A DNA stretch of 64,000 bases from Nanobdellota archaeon (GCA_038046005.1 JBBSXB010000001.1:64001-128000); one strand, 5' to 3'; positions 40,100-50,486 are shown, counted from the first letter of the stretch. Notes: generated by a model from the sequence alone, not told the origin. Made by a program: numbers and translations.

Positions 40100-41080
40100 T
40101 TAAGAATTTTTCGATTCATCTCTCCATTGAATTAATTTTGTTAAACCATAAGGTAAACTGTATACTGGTTTGAACCCCAACATTTCTTCAGTTTTTTTAG
40201 TACTACCAATCCTGTTTTTCACAAGAAGTCTTGCGTCACCTTCACTATAGGGGTTAAATTTAACAGTCAAATCTGAATTCTTCAATTTAAGTATTAGGTT
40301 GCATAATTCTCTAATTGTTGTTTGAACACCCGTACCAACATTAAAAAATTCATCGGATAAAGGTGATTTAAGCGCAACAATATTGTACCTGGCAACATCT
40401 TCAACATAAACAAAATCGTAAGCCTGGGTGCCATCTCCATTTATAATTGGTTGTTCATTTGCATCTATTTTGTTAAGCATTATAGGCACAACTCCAGAAT
40501 AAACCGAGTCTTGATTTTGTCCTGGGCCATAAACATTCATGTACCTTAACCCAACATAATCTAAACCAAACCTATCATGAAAAGCTCTGCACATTGCTTC
40601 ACCAGAAATTTTAGTAGCCCCATAAAAATTCCTATTGTTGAAAGGATGATTTTCACTCATTGGAATTTCAACTGCATCACCATAAACAGAAGCGGAAGAA
40701 GAGTAAATAAGTTTACTTATCTTATTTTTTACACAAGATTCAAGAACATTAAACGTTCCTTCTGTATTTACCTTAAAGGCAGTTCGCGGAAAATCTTTGC
40801 AGTGAAGAAGCCACATAGCCGCCAAATGAAAAACATAGTCTACCCCTATCATTGCATCATCGAGGGTGTCTAGATCATTTATGTTGCCACCATTAGGGTA
40901 TATAACGCAACGTGAATCCAACAATAATTTTTCTAGATTTTCCATTTTGCCTCTAGAAAAATTATCATAGACTACTACTTTGCCAACATTCTCTTTAAGA
41001 AGTTCAGAAACAACATGTGAACCAATGAAACCAGCACCACCAGTGACCAAGATTTTTGCCCCATTCAGATTGTTTTCCAT
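40100..41080 (-). CDS. NAD-dependent epimerase/dehydratase
   Basis: VTGGAGFIG, SSSASVYG, YGATK, LRYMNVYGP; probable start MENNLNG. Confidence 0.9.
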   Translation of the reverse strand: MENNLNGAKILVTGGAGFIGSHVVSELLKENVGKVVVYDNFSRGKMENLEKLLLDSRCVIYPNGGNINDLDTLDDAMIGVDYVFHLAAMWLLHCKDFPRTAFKVNTEGTFNVLESCVKNKISKLIYSSSASVYGDAVEIPMSENHPFNNRNFYGATKISGEAMCRAFHDRFGLDYVGLRYMNVYGPGQNQDSVYSGVVPIMLNKIDANEQPIINGDGTQAYDFVYVEDVARYNIVALKSPLSDEFFNVGTGVQTTIRELCNLILKLKNSDLTVKFNPYSEGDARLLVKNRIGSTKKTEEMLGFKPVYSLPYGLTKLIQWRDESKNS

Positions 41081-41156
41081 TTTAGTGAGATTAAACACTT
41101 TGCCTAGTAAAAAAAGAATGTTTAAAAGATTTTCGGTATAAAAACGAATGTATTAG

Positions 41157-43046
41157 CTAAATGTTAGTTGTAGAAACATTCATCTCTTTATACACTCCAT
41201 TATCAATATAAAGATTATGCCAAACTTCAAAACAGAGCATGTTCCAAATGAGGTTGTATTTTCTTGTTAATTTTGGAGAAGGTGGAGAAGAAAGTATTTT
41301 TTTTATGTAATCTTGATTGATCATTCCCTTTTTAACTAAAACTCCATCAATCAATTTTTGTTGTGCTAAATCCCTCACTTCACTTATATAAGTTTCAAAA
41401 TTAGTTGGACCAAAACCTTGTTTAGGTCGATTGATGGAATTTAACCCGATTTTTTCCCGCATAACTTTTTTTAGAAGATATTTTCCCACACCTCCATTGA
41501 TTTTTAATGAATGGGGAATCGAAAAAGCAAAATTTATTAAAGTTTTGTTTAAAAAAGGTACTCTGGATTCTAGAGAATTAGCCATAGATGTAACATCGTC
41601 AACGAATAGGAAATCATCAACCATCTTGACCTTAAAGTCTGCTTTTAACATTTGAGTTAAAACATCATTATTGCCCTTGAAAAATTGCTGGTATTTTGAT
41701 GTTAAATTACTCCATGTAAAATTTTTAAGGGTTTTTCCATATATATCTGAGTATTCTTCTGGAAAGATTTTGTCTAGCGACTTTGAAAGCAAGTAGAAAT
41801 CCGCCTTTTTATTTTGTTTGAGTAGAGAAGACAAAACTTGGCCCAATTCTGCAAAAGAAAGATCATCGGAACTATTTTTTATTTTGGAAATAAGCAGATC
41901 AAATTGCTCTTTAGAAAGAATAACCTTTTGGTCGTTGTTCAAAGCATATAAATACTTGTGATAGTATCCTGCAAAAAGTTCGTCAGAACCAAGTCCACTC
42001 AATACAACTTTAACATGCTTAGATGCTTCCTTTGCAATATAATAAGGATATAAGTTTCTTTTAGGAGTATCAGCATACCAAATAAGCTTAGGAAGTTCTT
42101 CCAAAAAATTGTCTGAGATTATTATGTTTCGATGATCCACATTTAACTTTGACGCCATTTCTTGTGCATGCTTAAATTCATCATTATCTTCGTTGAAACC
42201 CATACAAAAAGTTTTTATTTTGTGGGATGAAAATTTAGAAGCATAATAAGTTATTGTACTACTATCTATCCCACCAGAAAGGTAGACACCAATTGGTACG
42301 TCACTTATTAAATGGGATCTTACTGATTCTTCTAAAAGTTTGGACATATTTTTTTCATAATAAGAAAAATCGTAGTTTGTTTCCTTAACTTTTAAATCCC
42401 AATATTTAACTATTTTTACCCCATTCTCGGAAATTTTTATAAAGTGGCCCGGAAGTAATTTTTTTATTCCTTTAAAAAGTGTTCCCTCGAAGGGGATAAA
42501 TCTGAAGTTCAAAAATTCGTGTGCCGCATTAAGGTCCACTTCCCTTTTTATTTCATCATTTTGTAATATTGCTTTAATTTCTGAAGCAAAAAATAACTTG
42601 TTATTTTGCAGGATATAGAACAGAGGTTTGATCCCAACAGGATCTCTTACTAGGTATAAATTTTTTTTGCTGGTGTCCCATAATGCAATAGCAAACATTC
42701 CTTCAAAAAGATCAAAGCAGTTCTCCCCATATTGCTCATAAGCATGCACTATTGTTTCCGTATCGGAATGAGTTTTGAAAATATGGCCTTTCTTTTCCAA
42801 TTCCCATTTTAATTTCAAAAAATTATAAATTTCTCCATTATACACTACCCAGATTGTACCATTCTCATTAGAGATGGGTTGTTTTCCATTAGAAAGATCG
42901 ATAATACTCAATCTTCTGTTACCCAGTCCAACAATTTTATCAGAATAATATCCGTAATCATCTGGCCCCCTGTGAACTAGGGAGTTGGTCATTTTTTTAA
43001 GAAGAGGCATATCTTCTGTCCCATAAAAACCAGCAATTCCGCACAT
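41157..43046 (-). CDS. asnB: asparagine synthase-like amidotransferase (glycan amidation)
   Basis: MCGIAG, HRGPD, RLSIID, NGEIYN, LSGGIDSS, ESRVPFL. Confidence 0.93.
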   Translation of the reverse strand: MCGIAGFYGTEDMPLLKKMTNSLVHRGPDDYGYYSDKIVGLGNRRLSIIDLSNGKQPISNENGTIWVVYNGEIYNFLKLKWELEKKGHIFKTHSDTETIVHAYEQYGENCFDLFEGMFAIALWDTSKKNLYLVRDPVGIKPLFYILQNNKLFFASEIKAILQNDEIKREVDLNAAHEFLNFRFIPFEGTLFKGIKKLLPGHFIKISENGVKIVKYWDLKVKETNYDFSYYEKNMSKLLEESVRSHLISDVPIGVYLSGGIDSSTITYYASKFSSHKIKTFCMGFNEDNDEFKHAQEMASKLNVDHRNIIISDNFLEELPKLIWYADTPKRNLYPYYIAKEASKHVKVVLSGLGSDELFAGYYHKYLYALNNDQKVILSKEQFDLLISKIKNSSDDLSFAELGQVLSSLLKQNKKADFYLLSKSLDKIFPEEYSDIYGKTLKNFTWSNLTSKYQQFFKGNNDVLTQMLKADFKVKMVDDFLFVDDVTSMANSLESRVPFLNKTLINFAFSIPHSLKINGGVGKYLLKKVMREKIGLNSINRPKQGFGPTNFETYISEVRDLAQQKLIDGVLVKKGMINQDYIKKILSSPPSPKLTRKYNLIWNMLCFEVWHNLYIDNGVYKEMNVSTTNI

Positions 43047-43097
43047 TGAAATGAGAATCCTAAAGGCTTTTTAAAGTATGTTATTACTAAACGCCAC

Positions 43098-44459
43098 CTA
43101 ATTAAAAGGCAGCTGATATTTTTTAAACCGCGACCATAGAACTAACATTCCCAAATAAAAAAGATTGCTGATTACTGTAGAGACAGTAACTCCATACACT
43201 TTGGCTAGGCTTCCAGAAGAAGCTAAAAGAAAAATAGCTGCTATGTTTAGTAAGATATTTAAGATTATTGAAAAGACTAGTGAAAAAATAACTTTTCGCA
43301 GTTTTCCCTGTGAAATGTAAAGAGAAGAATAAAGTGAGATTATCGGGGATATCAACAGCACGACAGAGAATATTCTAAGAATGTTTGCTGATGAAATGTA
43401 TTCTTCGCCAAAAATGATTTTTACTAAAAGAGGAGAAAAAACTAAAGTGAATAAAAATGCGAATATTCCAAGCAAAATGGTAATATTACGAGCTTTTTGA
43501 AACCCTTTATATAATCTTTTGCCTTTCAATTTTATAAATAGGGGAAAAAGAACACTTGAGAATGTTAACAGAGGGATAGCAGAAGTAATCAAACTCAAAG
43601 CTGCCCTGTAGTAGGCAATAAATTCTGCGTCAACGAATCTCCCGAGAATTATTATGTCTATATAACCAAACAAAAGCCCAGAGAGAGTTAAAGCAGATAA
43701 AGATATGATAAATTTGTTAACAATACTCTTTTCATTTTTTTTCAATCCATCATTTCTTTTTTTTAGAAAGTTAATTTCTTTTTTGGCACTAAAAAAAATA
43801 TACAAAAACACAGTCAAATAGGAAAAAGAAAGTCCAAGGATTACTGAGGCTATCAAAATATCCGAAGAAAGACGTGATATAAAAAGTAGTATTAGTAATG
43901 GCACTATGATAAGACGTAAAACTTGAAAAATAATTTCTTGGAAAAGACCTTTTTTAAAATTGTTTAAAGCCGGAAAAAGGCTTGCAAAAAGAGAATTCAG
44001 AGAATTAAAAGCGATATAAAAGCTTCCAGCAATTAAAGCATAAAATATGGGTTTTTCATAGTAATAATTTGCTATAAAATATGATAATAAGATCATAATG
44101 AGGATTAATGAGGAGGTTAGAATAACTTTAGTTTTTAATAAGTAAGAAAAATATGCTTTAGACTTTTTTTCAGCCCTTGATGAAACGACGAATTTTATTA
44201 AAGTTTGCCCAATACCGAGATCAGAAAATAATGCAAAAAGAGATATTGTTGAAAGTGCTAAAGAATACAACCCAAAAAGTTCAGGCATTAACAATCTTGC
44301 AGTAATTATCGTAAATATCAGAGAGCCTATTTTAGAAACTAAAATTGTTGCGGTGGTCCAGCCTGAATTTTTAATTGCCTGGCCGGTATTGCCAGAAAAA
44401 TTTCGCTTCTTTATCCTTATCAACACATCTTGCAAAAAAAAAGGTGTTTTTTTTAACAT
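43098..44459 (-). CDS. Wzx/MOP-family oligosaccharide flippase
   Basis: ARLLMPELFGLY, DLGI, about 12 TM segments. Confidence 0.88.
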   Translation of the reverse strand: MLKKTPFFLQDVLIRIKKRNFSGNTGQAIKNSGWTTATILVSKIGSLIFTIITARLLMPELFGLYSLALSTISLFALFSDLGIGQTLIKFVVSSRAEKKSKAYFSYLLKTKVILTSSLILIMILLSYFIANYYYEKPIFYALIAGSFYIAFNSLNSLFASLFPALNNFKKGLFQEIIFQVLRLIIVPLLILLFISRLSSDILIASVILGLSFSYLTVFLYIFFSAKKEINFLKKRNDGLKKNEKSIVNKFIISLSALTLSGLLFGYIDIIILGRFVDAEFIAYYRAALSLITSAIPLLTFSSVLFPLFIKLKGKRLYKGFQKARNITILLGIFAFLFTLVFSPLLVKIIFGEEYISSANILRIFSVVLLISPIISLYSSLYISQGKLRKVIFSLVFSIILNILLNIAAIFLLASSGSLAKVYGVTVSTVISNLFYLGMLVLWSRFKKYQLPFN

Positions 44460-44524
44460 AATTTAAACAAAAGCTTAACACTTTAAAAAATGATCTTATT
44501 ATAAATAATGTTTTTTTCTATATT

Positions 44525-45319
44525 TCACTCTTCAATTTTTCTTATAAGGTCTGTAAATGCAGGTCTTGTGATTAAGACACCTGCGGTGATTCCTATTAAT
44601 GTTGTAACTGCAAAACCTTTAAGCAAGCCTGCTCCAGCCCACAATAAAGGCAACAATGAAACAAAAACAGTGAAATAAGAACCGAGTATAATTGCAAATG
44701 CTCTCTTCATTTTTTCTTTAAGACTAAGGACCTTTCCATGTTTAGCCTCATCTATGACCACAATTTGCTGATCGACTCCAGTACCAATAGTTGCAAGTAT
44801 TCCTGCAATTCCGGGAAGGTCAATATTCCATTTTATCAAAGCAGCAATTCCCAGAATTATTATCACTTCAGAAAAGCTTGTCAACAACAATGCAAGAGAA
44901 GTTTTGATTTTTTTGTATCTTACAAAGATTATTATAGAGACTGCCAAGAAAGAGGCGATGCCTGTAATAAAAATGGCCCGTGTAAAATCCTTTCCATCAT
45001 TATCTCCTTGGTACATACATCCGCTGCCAAGATGAACAAAGTAAATTCTTCTTAGTGCACATTCTGTGGATAAGTTTATCGCAGCGCTTACATTTGACTG
45101 TAGAGTTTCCTCTTTATGTTTTTCACACCAGTCAATGTTGGGTTTACCAGTTTTGCCAATAGCATTTATAACAACTGATGGTTTTGTTTCATCTAAGAAA
45201 GAGGCTAGATCTTTAATATTCGTTGGATCGACAATTTCTCGGTCAACTATTTCATAACCTAAACTGCTAGAAATTCTCGTACCCAAAAATCCTTTGCCAA
45301 AAACAATTTGTTCATCCAT
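44525..45319 (-). pseudogene. chimeric ORF: N-terminal RmlD-like (NRS/ER-type) sugar reductase fragment fused to a SecD C-terminal fragment
   Basis: Residues ~1-108 (FGKGFLG, NAIGKTGKPNIDWCE, HLGSGC) are reductase-like. From GKDFT onward the sequence aligns with the C-terminus of the SecD at 46422-47942 (IAGILATIGTGVDQQIV, GLLKGFA, ITRPAF). Confidence 0.85.
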
Positions 45320-46326
45320 CTTTCAAAGGTCTCCACCAAGATTCATTTTCTCTATACCATTCCACTAAATTTTTTAAACCTGTGTTAAAATCTGAATGTT
45401 TTGGCTCAAAACCTAGCCCTCTAAATTTTGAATCATCTATAGAATATCTAAAATCATGACCCTTTCTGTGATCTACTCTTTGCACCATTTCTTCACCAAC
45501 CCCAAATATATCGAGAAGTGTTTTAGTAACGTCAGTATTTGTTCTCTCATTTCTTCCCGCAATGTTATAAATTTCTCCAGGTTTTCCTTTTTGGGATAGA
45601 TGTCATATTGCTCTACAGTTATCCTTTACATCCAGCCAATCTCTAACATTTAATCCAGGATTTTCTAGAGACCACATCAAGGGAACTTTCTTTCCATCAA
45701 TAAGATGTGTTATAAACAAAGGTAAAAATTTTTCAGGAAATTGAAAAGGGCCGTAGTTGTTTGCACTTCTTGTCACAATTACTGGAAGGCCATGAGTATA
45801 AAAATAAGATCTTGCAAGATGCTCCGCTGCTGCCTTTGTTGCAGAATAAGGGCTTCTAAGGTTTAGCACATCACCTTCTTTTGAAGATGGGCTAAACTCA
45901 TCTAGACTTCCATACACTTCGTCTGTTGAAACTTGTAAAAAAAGACTAACATTACTTTTCAAAGAAGCTTCTAATAGATTACGCGTACCCCTAACATTTG
46001 TTTCAACAAAAGAAGAAGAATCACCAATACATCTGTCAACATGAGTTTCTGCCGCAAAATGAAAAACTATATTAGGTTTATATTCATTAAAAATTTCAGA
46101 CACTTCTGGTGAACAAATGTCTACTTGCTTGAATTTATATCTTGATCGCTTCCCAGTCCCAAGGCCTAATATGCATGCACTCTAAATTTCTTCCCTGCCC
46201 CGCGTATGTTAGATTATCAACATTGCAAACTTGGTTTTCTTCTTTAAATTCTGGGTCGTGAAGTAAATACTCAATAAAGTTGCTCCCTATAAACCCGCTT
46301 CCGCCTGTGACTAGAATTCTTGGCAT
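45312..46326 (-). pseudogene. rmlB: dTDP-glucose 4,6-dehydratase pseudogene
   Basis: VTGGSGFIGSNF, FAAETHVDR, STDEVYG, SPYSATK, NNYGPFQFPEK, RKGHDFRY. Frameshift near 46175 (TGCATGCA) and in-frame TGA at 45603-45605. Confidence 0.88.
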
Positions 46327-46421
46327 TTTAAAAGCCAACAAAAAAAACTATTTAAAGTATTATGTAGCAGGAATATATATTATTCACTTCTAGATTTTAT
46401 TCTACAAAATCAGCTATTTTT

Positions 46422-47942
46422 CTATTCGTGTATCCTTCTAACAATATCTGCAAATGCGGGCCTCGTGATCAATATTCCAACAGTAACACTTAGTATAGTT
46501 GTTAAAGCAAATCCTTTTAACATTCCTGCCCCTGCCCAAAATAAAGGGAGCATTGCTGCTATAATTGTGAAGAAAGCTCCAAAAATAATGAACAGGGCCC
46601 TTTTTATCCTTTCTTTTGCACTTAAATGTTTATTAGAAGTAGCTTCATCTAGTATAACAATTTGGTCGTTTACCCCCGTTCCCATTCCAGCTATTATTCC
46701 CGCGATACTTGGAGCGTCTAAATTCCAGCCTATTAAAGCAGCAATTCCCAAAGTTATGAATGCTTCTGAGAACATTGTTAAGATTACAGAAAGGGTTAAT
46801 TTTATTTTCCTGTATCTAACAAATAAAATAATTGAGATTATTACAAATACTAAAATTCCCAAAAAGATTATGTTCTTGGTAAACTCTTTCCCAAGATTAG
46901 GAGATAAAGTGTCCAGCTTGACAATTTCCAGTTTATAAGGAAGACTCCCAGTTATCAGTATAGTTTGAAGATTATGCATTGATTCTTCAGCAGCAGTATA
47001 AGCATCTTCTTCTGTTGCACCAGAGCCAGAACCAGAAATAGATATTTGTGTTGTGACTCTTCCCTTAAGGCTGTCCCCAATTAAAAGAGTGTCAACAAGA
47101 TTGTCATCTAGATAAAGGTCTAAATTTTTAGACAAATAACTTCCCTGCGCAGTTAAGTTTACGCTAAGATTTTTTGTTAAGTCAGCATGTCTTTGTGCTG
47201 CTTGTTCACTTAGATAAACTGAAAATCTGAAACTACAGAAAAATCCTCCAGATTGCGAGGGAAAACAGCTTTCCACTCCTGCACAAGTTGCATCATTTCT
47301 GCAAACAGAGGTTATGTCTTTGTCTCCGCCTACAAAAGCGGTGTCGTTCCCTATTTTAGCTTCAAATTTCCCTTGTTGGGAAATAAGAGTTTCCAAATCT
47401 TTAGGTGTTGCACCAGCTATTTCAATTAATACAAAATTATTTCCGCTCAAATCTGAAACTGGAGCAATAACCACATCCGCAATTCCATAAACATTAAACC
47501 TATTACTGATTACATCCACAAGATCTGTCATTTCTGAAGAAGTAAGATCTTTCTCCTTGGCTTTTATCAAAGCCCTAGACCCTCCAGAGAGATCAAGTCC
47601 CGTCTTGATATTTGTTTTAGGGATAGAAGAGACTGTTAAACCCAAAGATTGATTAGAGTAAACAATAAACTCTCCCTCATTTGTTGTTATTATTGTTTTT
47701 AAATATTGATTTGAATAATTTTTAGCGCCGACAATTTTGGAAAAATCTTCTACACTAGAAATTTTTTCACCATCAATAAAAGTAATAACCTGGCCCTGCC
47801 TAAGCCCCTCCGATAATTCTGTGGAATTTCTTTCAACACTTGTTATCACAACCCCCTTTTCTAAAGACTTCCAAGGAGCGATTATTAAAAAGGCCAAAAG
47901 TAAAACAGTTAGCAAAATCCAAATCCTAAGCCCTAATTTCAT
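46422..47942 (-). CDS. secD: protein translocase subunit SecD (archaeal)
   Basis: GLDLSGGS, GSLP, IAGIIAGMGTGVNDQIVI. Confidence 0.94.
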   Translation of the reverse strand: MKLGLRIWILLTVLLLAFLIIAPWKSLEKGVVITSVERNSTELSEGLRQGQVITFIDGEKISSVEDFSKIVGAKNYSNQYLKTIITTNEGEFIVYSNQSLGLTVSSIPKTNIKTGLDLSGGSRALIKAKEKDLTSSEMTDLVDVISNRFNVYGIADVVIAPVSDLSGNNFVLIEIAGATPKDLETLISQQGKFEAKIGNDTAFVGGDKDITSVCRNDATCAGVESCFPSQSGGFFCSFRFSVYLSEQAAQRHADLTKNLSVNLTAQGSYLSKNLDLYLDDNLVDTLLIGDSLKGRVTTQISISGSGSGATEEDAYTAAEESMHNLQTILITGSLPYKLEIVKLDTLSPNLGKEFTKNIIFLGILVFVIISIILFVRYRKIKLTLSVILTMFSEAFITLGIAALIGWNLDAPSIAGIIAGMGTGVNDQIVILDEATSNKHLSAKERIKRALFIIFGAFFTIIAAMLPLFWAGAGMLKGFALTTILSVTVGILITRPAFADIVRRIHE

Positions 47943-48892
47943 TTTATTCCTCTTTTGTCACAGTACCATTTAATTATACTGGCGTTTGTGAGCCATGTGT
48001 TGAAGATATCTGCGCATAAACCGATAGCCAGTATTAAAAAAATCTGCCTAAATGAATCTGGAAGACCGGTGACTAGGAAAAAAGCAGGAAGTACGGCTGC
48101 CAAGGCAGTTAAAGTCATTAATATACCTGTTTTGAATGCACCGTAAATTCTTTTGTTCAAAGAATCTTCATGAGATTTTAATGCCCTAGATGTTAGCAAT
48201 ATGTCTGTATCAACAGAATAACCTATAAGCATTAAGAAAGCTGCAATTCCTGCGGCAGATATTTTTACCTCGAAAAAGTTTAATACTGCTAAAGGCATAA
48301 CTATGTCTGCAAAGACTGCAAATATGACTGCAATGCTTGGAATAAATGTTCTAAAAAGAAATAATATAACAAAAGACATTAAGATAAATGATATTATAAG
48401 AGCCATTATTAATTGCTTGTAAAAACCTTGACTCAAAGTTGATCCGGTAAACTCTATTGTAGAATTTGCATCTGTTAATTCATAACCAAGTACTTTTTCA
48501 ATTTCTAGTTTTAATGTTTGTGGTTCTGCCGAGCTTTCAATTATTAGTGCAATTTGTTTTTGGGATGTAATATCACTAAGACTTGTGAATGATACATCTG
48601 GAAATTTTGTTTTTAGTCCTGTTTCTAAGACTTCCCTGTTTATGTTTCCTTGCAATGTTATGGATGACCCACCTGAGAGAGAAACATCTTTGTAAATGAA
48701 ATCGCCATGATTTTGATAGAATATAACTAAATAGACCAGACATAAAGCCAGGACAATTAGAGGAATTAAAAGCAGAGTCTTATGGTGTTTGTCATACCAA
48801 TGTTTATGTTCTTTGAATGTTTTATGTTTTTGCTCTTGCGCATGCTCTTTTTTTTCTTCTGTTTTTTCCGCGTGTTGCTCGCTGTTTTCCAT
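47939..48892 (-). CDS. secF: protein translocase subunit SecF (archaeal)
   Basis: LSGG, IAAFLMLIGYSVDTDILL, DIFNTWLTN. Confidence 0.94.
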   Translation of the reverse strand: MENSEQHAEKTEEKKEHAQEQKHKTFKEHKHWYDKHHKTLLLIPLIVLALCLVYLVIFYQNHGDFIYKDVSLSGGSSITLQGNINREVLETGLKTKFPDVSFTSLSDITSQKQIALIIESSAEPQTLKLEIEKVLGYELTDANSTIEFTGSTLSQGFYKQLIMALIISFILMSFVILFLFRTFIPSIAVIFAVFADIVMPLAVLNFFEVKISAAGIAAFLMLIGYSVDTDILLTSRALKSHEDSLNKRIYGAFKTGILMTLTALAAVLPAFFLVTGLPDSFRQIFLILAIGLCADIFNTWLTNASIIKWYCDKRGIK

Positions 48893-48921
48893 TTTTTAAT
48901 ATAATAAATTGCCTTATTAAA

Positions 48922-48992
48922 TGCGCCGGCCGGGAGTCGAACCCGGGCAATTTGCTTGGAAGGCAAATGTCATACCGTTAGACCACCAGCGC
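48922..48992 (-). tRNA. tRNA-Gly(TCC)
   Basis: Cloverleaf GCGCTGG...CCGGCGC-A; anticodon arm TTTGC-CTTCCAA-GCAAA; GTTCGACTC T-loop. Confidence 0.95.
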
Positions 48993-49046
48993 GAGTAAAT
49001 TACAAATATAGCAGCGAAAAACAAGTTTTAAAGGTTTTCTGTAAAG

Positions 49047-49475
49047 TTAAAGAATATTGTGCTTCTTGAGAAATTCCAGATGAGTGGGAATTATATTATT
49101 TATTTCATTTTTTGTAAGAATTAACTCGCTCGCCTCATCATTAAGGAAAATTTTTCCGGGTTTTAATCCACAAAGAAAAACCAGTGAAATTGCATGCTGA
49201 CCGCCCCTTTTCCAATCATCAAATTCCATAAATCCTAAAAATTTTTTAACATCTAAACCAATTCCTAACTCTCTGCCTGAAATTCTTTGAATTGATTCTT
49301 GGACAATTTCACCAAACAAGACAGTTCCTCCAGGAAGATGCCATTTTCCTAAGTAGGGAGGGATTGACCTTTTAGTTAGTAAAATTCCTTCTTTGCTTTT
49401 TATAATTAGATCAACACAAAGTCTGGGAACCTTTGAGTAAATTTCCTTAAATTCTTCAGGCGAAAGTTTTTTCAT
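49047..49475 (-). CDS. NUDIX hydrolase (GDP-mannose hydrolase-like)
   Basis: VPRLCVDLII, WHLPGG...GE...RELG. Confidence 0.85.
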   Translation of the reverse strand: MKKLSPEEFKEIYSKVPRLCVDLIIKSKEGILLTKRSIPPYLGKWHLPGGTVLFGEIVQESIQRISGRELGIGLDVKKFLGFMEFDDWKRGGQHAISLVFLCGLKPGKIFLNDEASELILTKNEINNIIPTHLEFLKKHNIL

Positions 49476-49508
49476 TCTACGAAGATGAAAATTTATTTTA
49501 AATAATTA

Positions 49509-49583
49509 TGCCCGAGACAGGAGTTGAACCTGCGACCCCAAGGTTAGGAACCTTGTGCTCTATCCAGGCTGAGCTACCCGGGC
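49509..49583 (-). tRNA. tRNA-Arg(CCT)
   Basis: GCCCGGG...CTCGGGC-A; anticodon arm CAAGG-TTCCTAA-CCTTG. Confidence 0.94.
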
Positions 49584-49593
49584 TTAAACTAAA

Positions 49594-49677
49594 TGCGGAG
49601 TACAGGATTTGAACCTGCGCAGGCACTAAGCCAATGGAGCCTTAATCCATCCCATTTGACCACTCTGGCAACTCCGC
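49594..49677 (-). tRNA. tRNA-Leu(AAG)
   Basis: Long variable arm TGGCTTAGTGCC, A73; anticodon arm ATGGA-TTAAGGC-TCCAT gives AAG at 34-36. Confidence 0.88.
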
Positions 49678-49803
49678 GTAAAAACCTACGGTTTTTTATC
49701 CCTCAAGCAACTTCCTCTCTTTGCCTCCAAAGGAAGTTTTAACAAAATTATCAAATATTAGCTGTATAAAAAGCTTTATAAATGCTATAAATCATAAACT
49801 TTT

Positions 49804-49917
49804 GGAGACGGCCATAGTAGATTGGAAACACCTGGTCTCTTTCCGAACCCAGAAGTTAAGCTTTCTACGCCGTTGGTGTTAGTGGCCGAAAAGCTGCGAA
49901 GCTTCGGTGCTGTCTCT
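49804..49917 (+). rRNA. rrf: 5S rRNA
   Basis: GGAGACGGCCATAG pairs with GCTGTCTCT; contains CCGAACCCAGAAGTTAAG; upstream TTTATAAA box. Confidence 0.92.
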
Positions 49918-49973
49918 CATTTTTTTTCTTAAGTTTTCGCAAAGAATATAAAATAGTTTTAATTGATATAATA

Positions 49974-50285
49974 ATGAAGAAAAAAATAACAAAAAAAGAA
50001 GCTGAGAAACAAGTAGAAGAATTCTTCCATAATATTCATGAAAAAAGTTCTAAGGATGTCAAAAAAATAAAAAGACTTGCAATGTCATACAATATAAAAC
50101 TTGGAGAAAAAAGAAAATTATTCTGCAAAGAGTGCTTTACCCCTTACAAAGAACCAAGTGTTAGAATCAAAAATGATTTTATAACAATAACCTGCGACAA
50201 GTGTGAGCATAAAAACAGATGGAAATTTGAAGGGGAATTAGACCTTAGCTCAATGACTCATGAAGAAGATGAATGTGAGTGTTGA
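49974..50285 (+). CDS. rnp4: RNase P protein Rpp21-like
   Basis: KRLAMSYNIKL...RKLFCKEC...ITCDKC zinc ribbon. Confidence 0.8.
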   Translation: MKKKITKKEAEKQVEEFFHNIHEKSSKDVKKIKRLAMSYNIKLGEKRKLFCKECFTPYKEPSVRIKNDFITITCDKCEHKNRWKFEGELDLSSMTHEEDECEC

Positions 50286-50486
50286 CTAACTCTTCTTGAA
50301 TTTTCCAATCAATTCTATGTAATCAGCTTGTCCTAGCAACATTGATCTGCAGCAATATCTTTCAATTCCGAGTTCTTCGAAAACTTTTTGAGCAGACTCT
50401 CCGTTTTCATTAACTCTTTTCTTGAATTCTTCCCATAAATGTCCTATGGGTTTACCGCATGAAAAGCATCTGACTGGAACTATCAT
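50286..50486 (-). CDS. rpoN: RNA polymerase subunit Rpo10 (N)
   Basis: MIVPVRCFSCGK...LGIERYCCRSM. Confidence 0.97.
   Translation of the reverse strand: MIVPVRCFSCGKPIGHLWEEFKKRVNENGESAQKVFEELGIERYCCRSMLLGQADYIELIGKFKKS

Noticed and set aside
45603-45605. In-frame TGA in rmlB as stop-codon reassignment or selenocysteine
   Set aside because: TGA ends many core genes here (rpl3, rpl4, rps5, rps13), and the same gene also has a frameshift, so it is a pseudogene.
49594-49677. Reading this tRNA as Leu(TAA)
   Set aside because: Shifting the anticodon by one base breaks the perfect ATGGA/TCCAT stem and the 7-nt loop; the AAG register is the consistent one.
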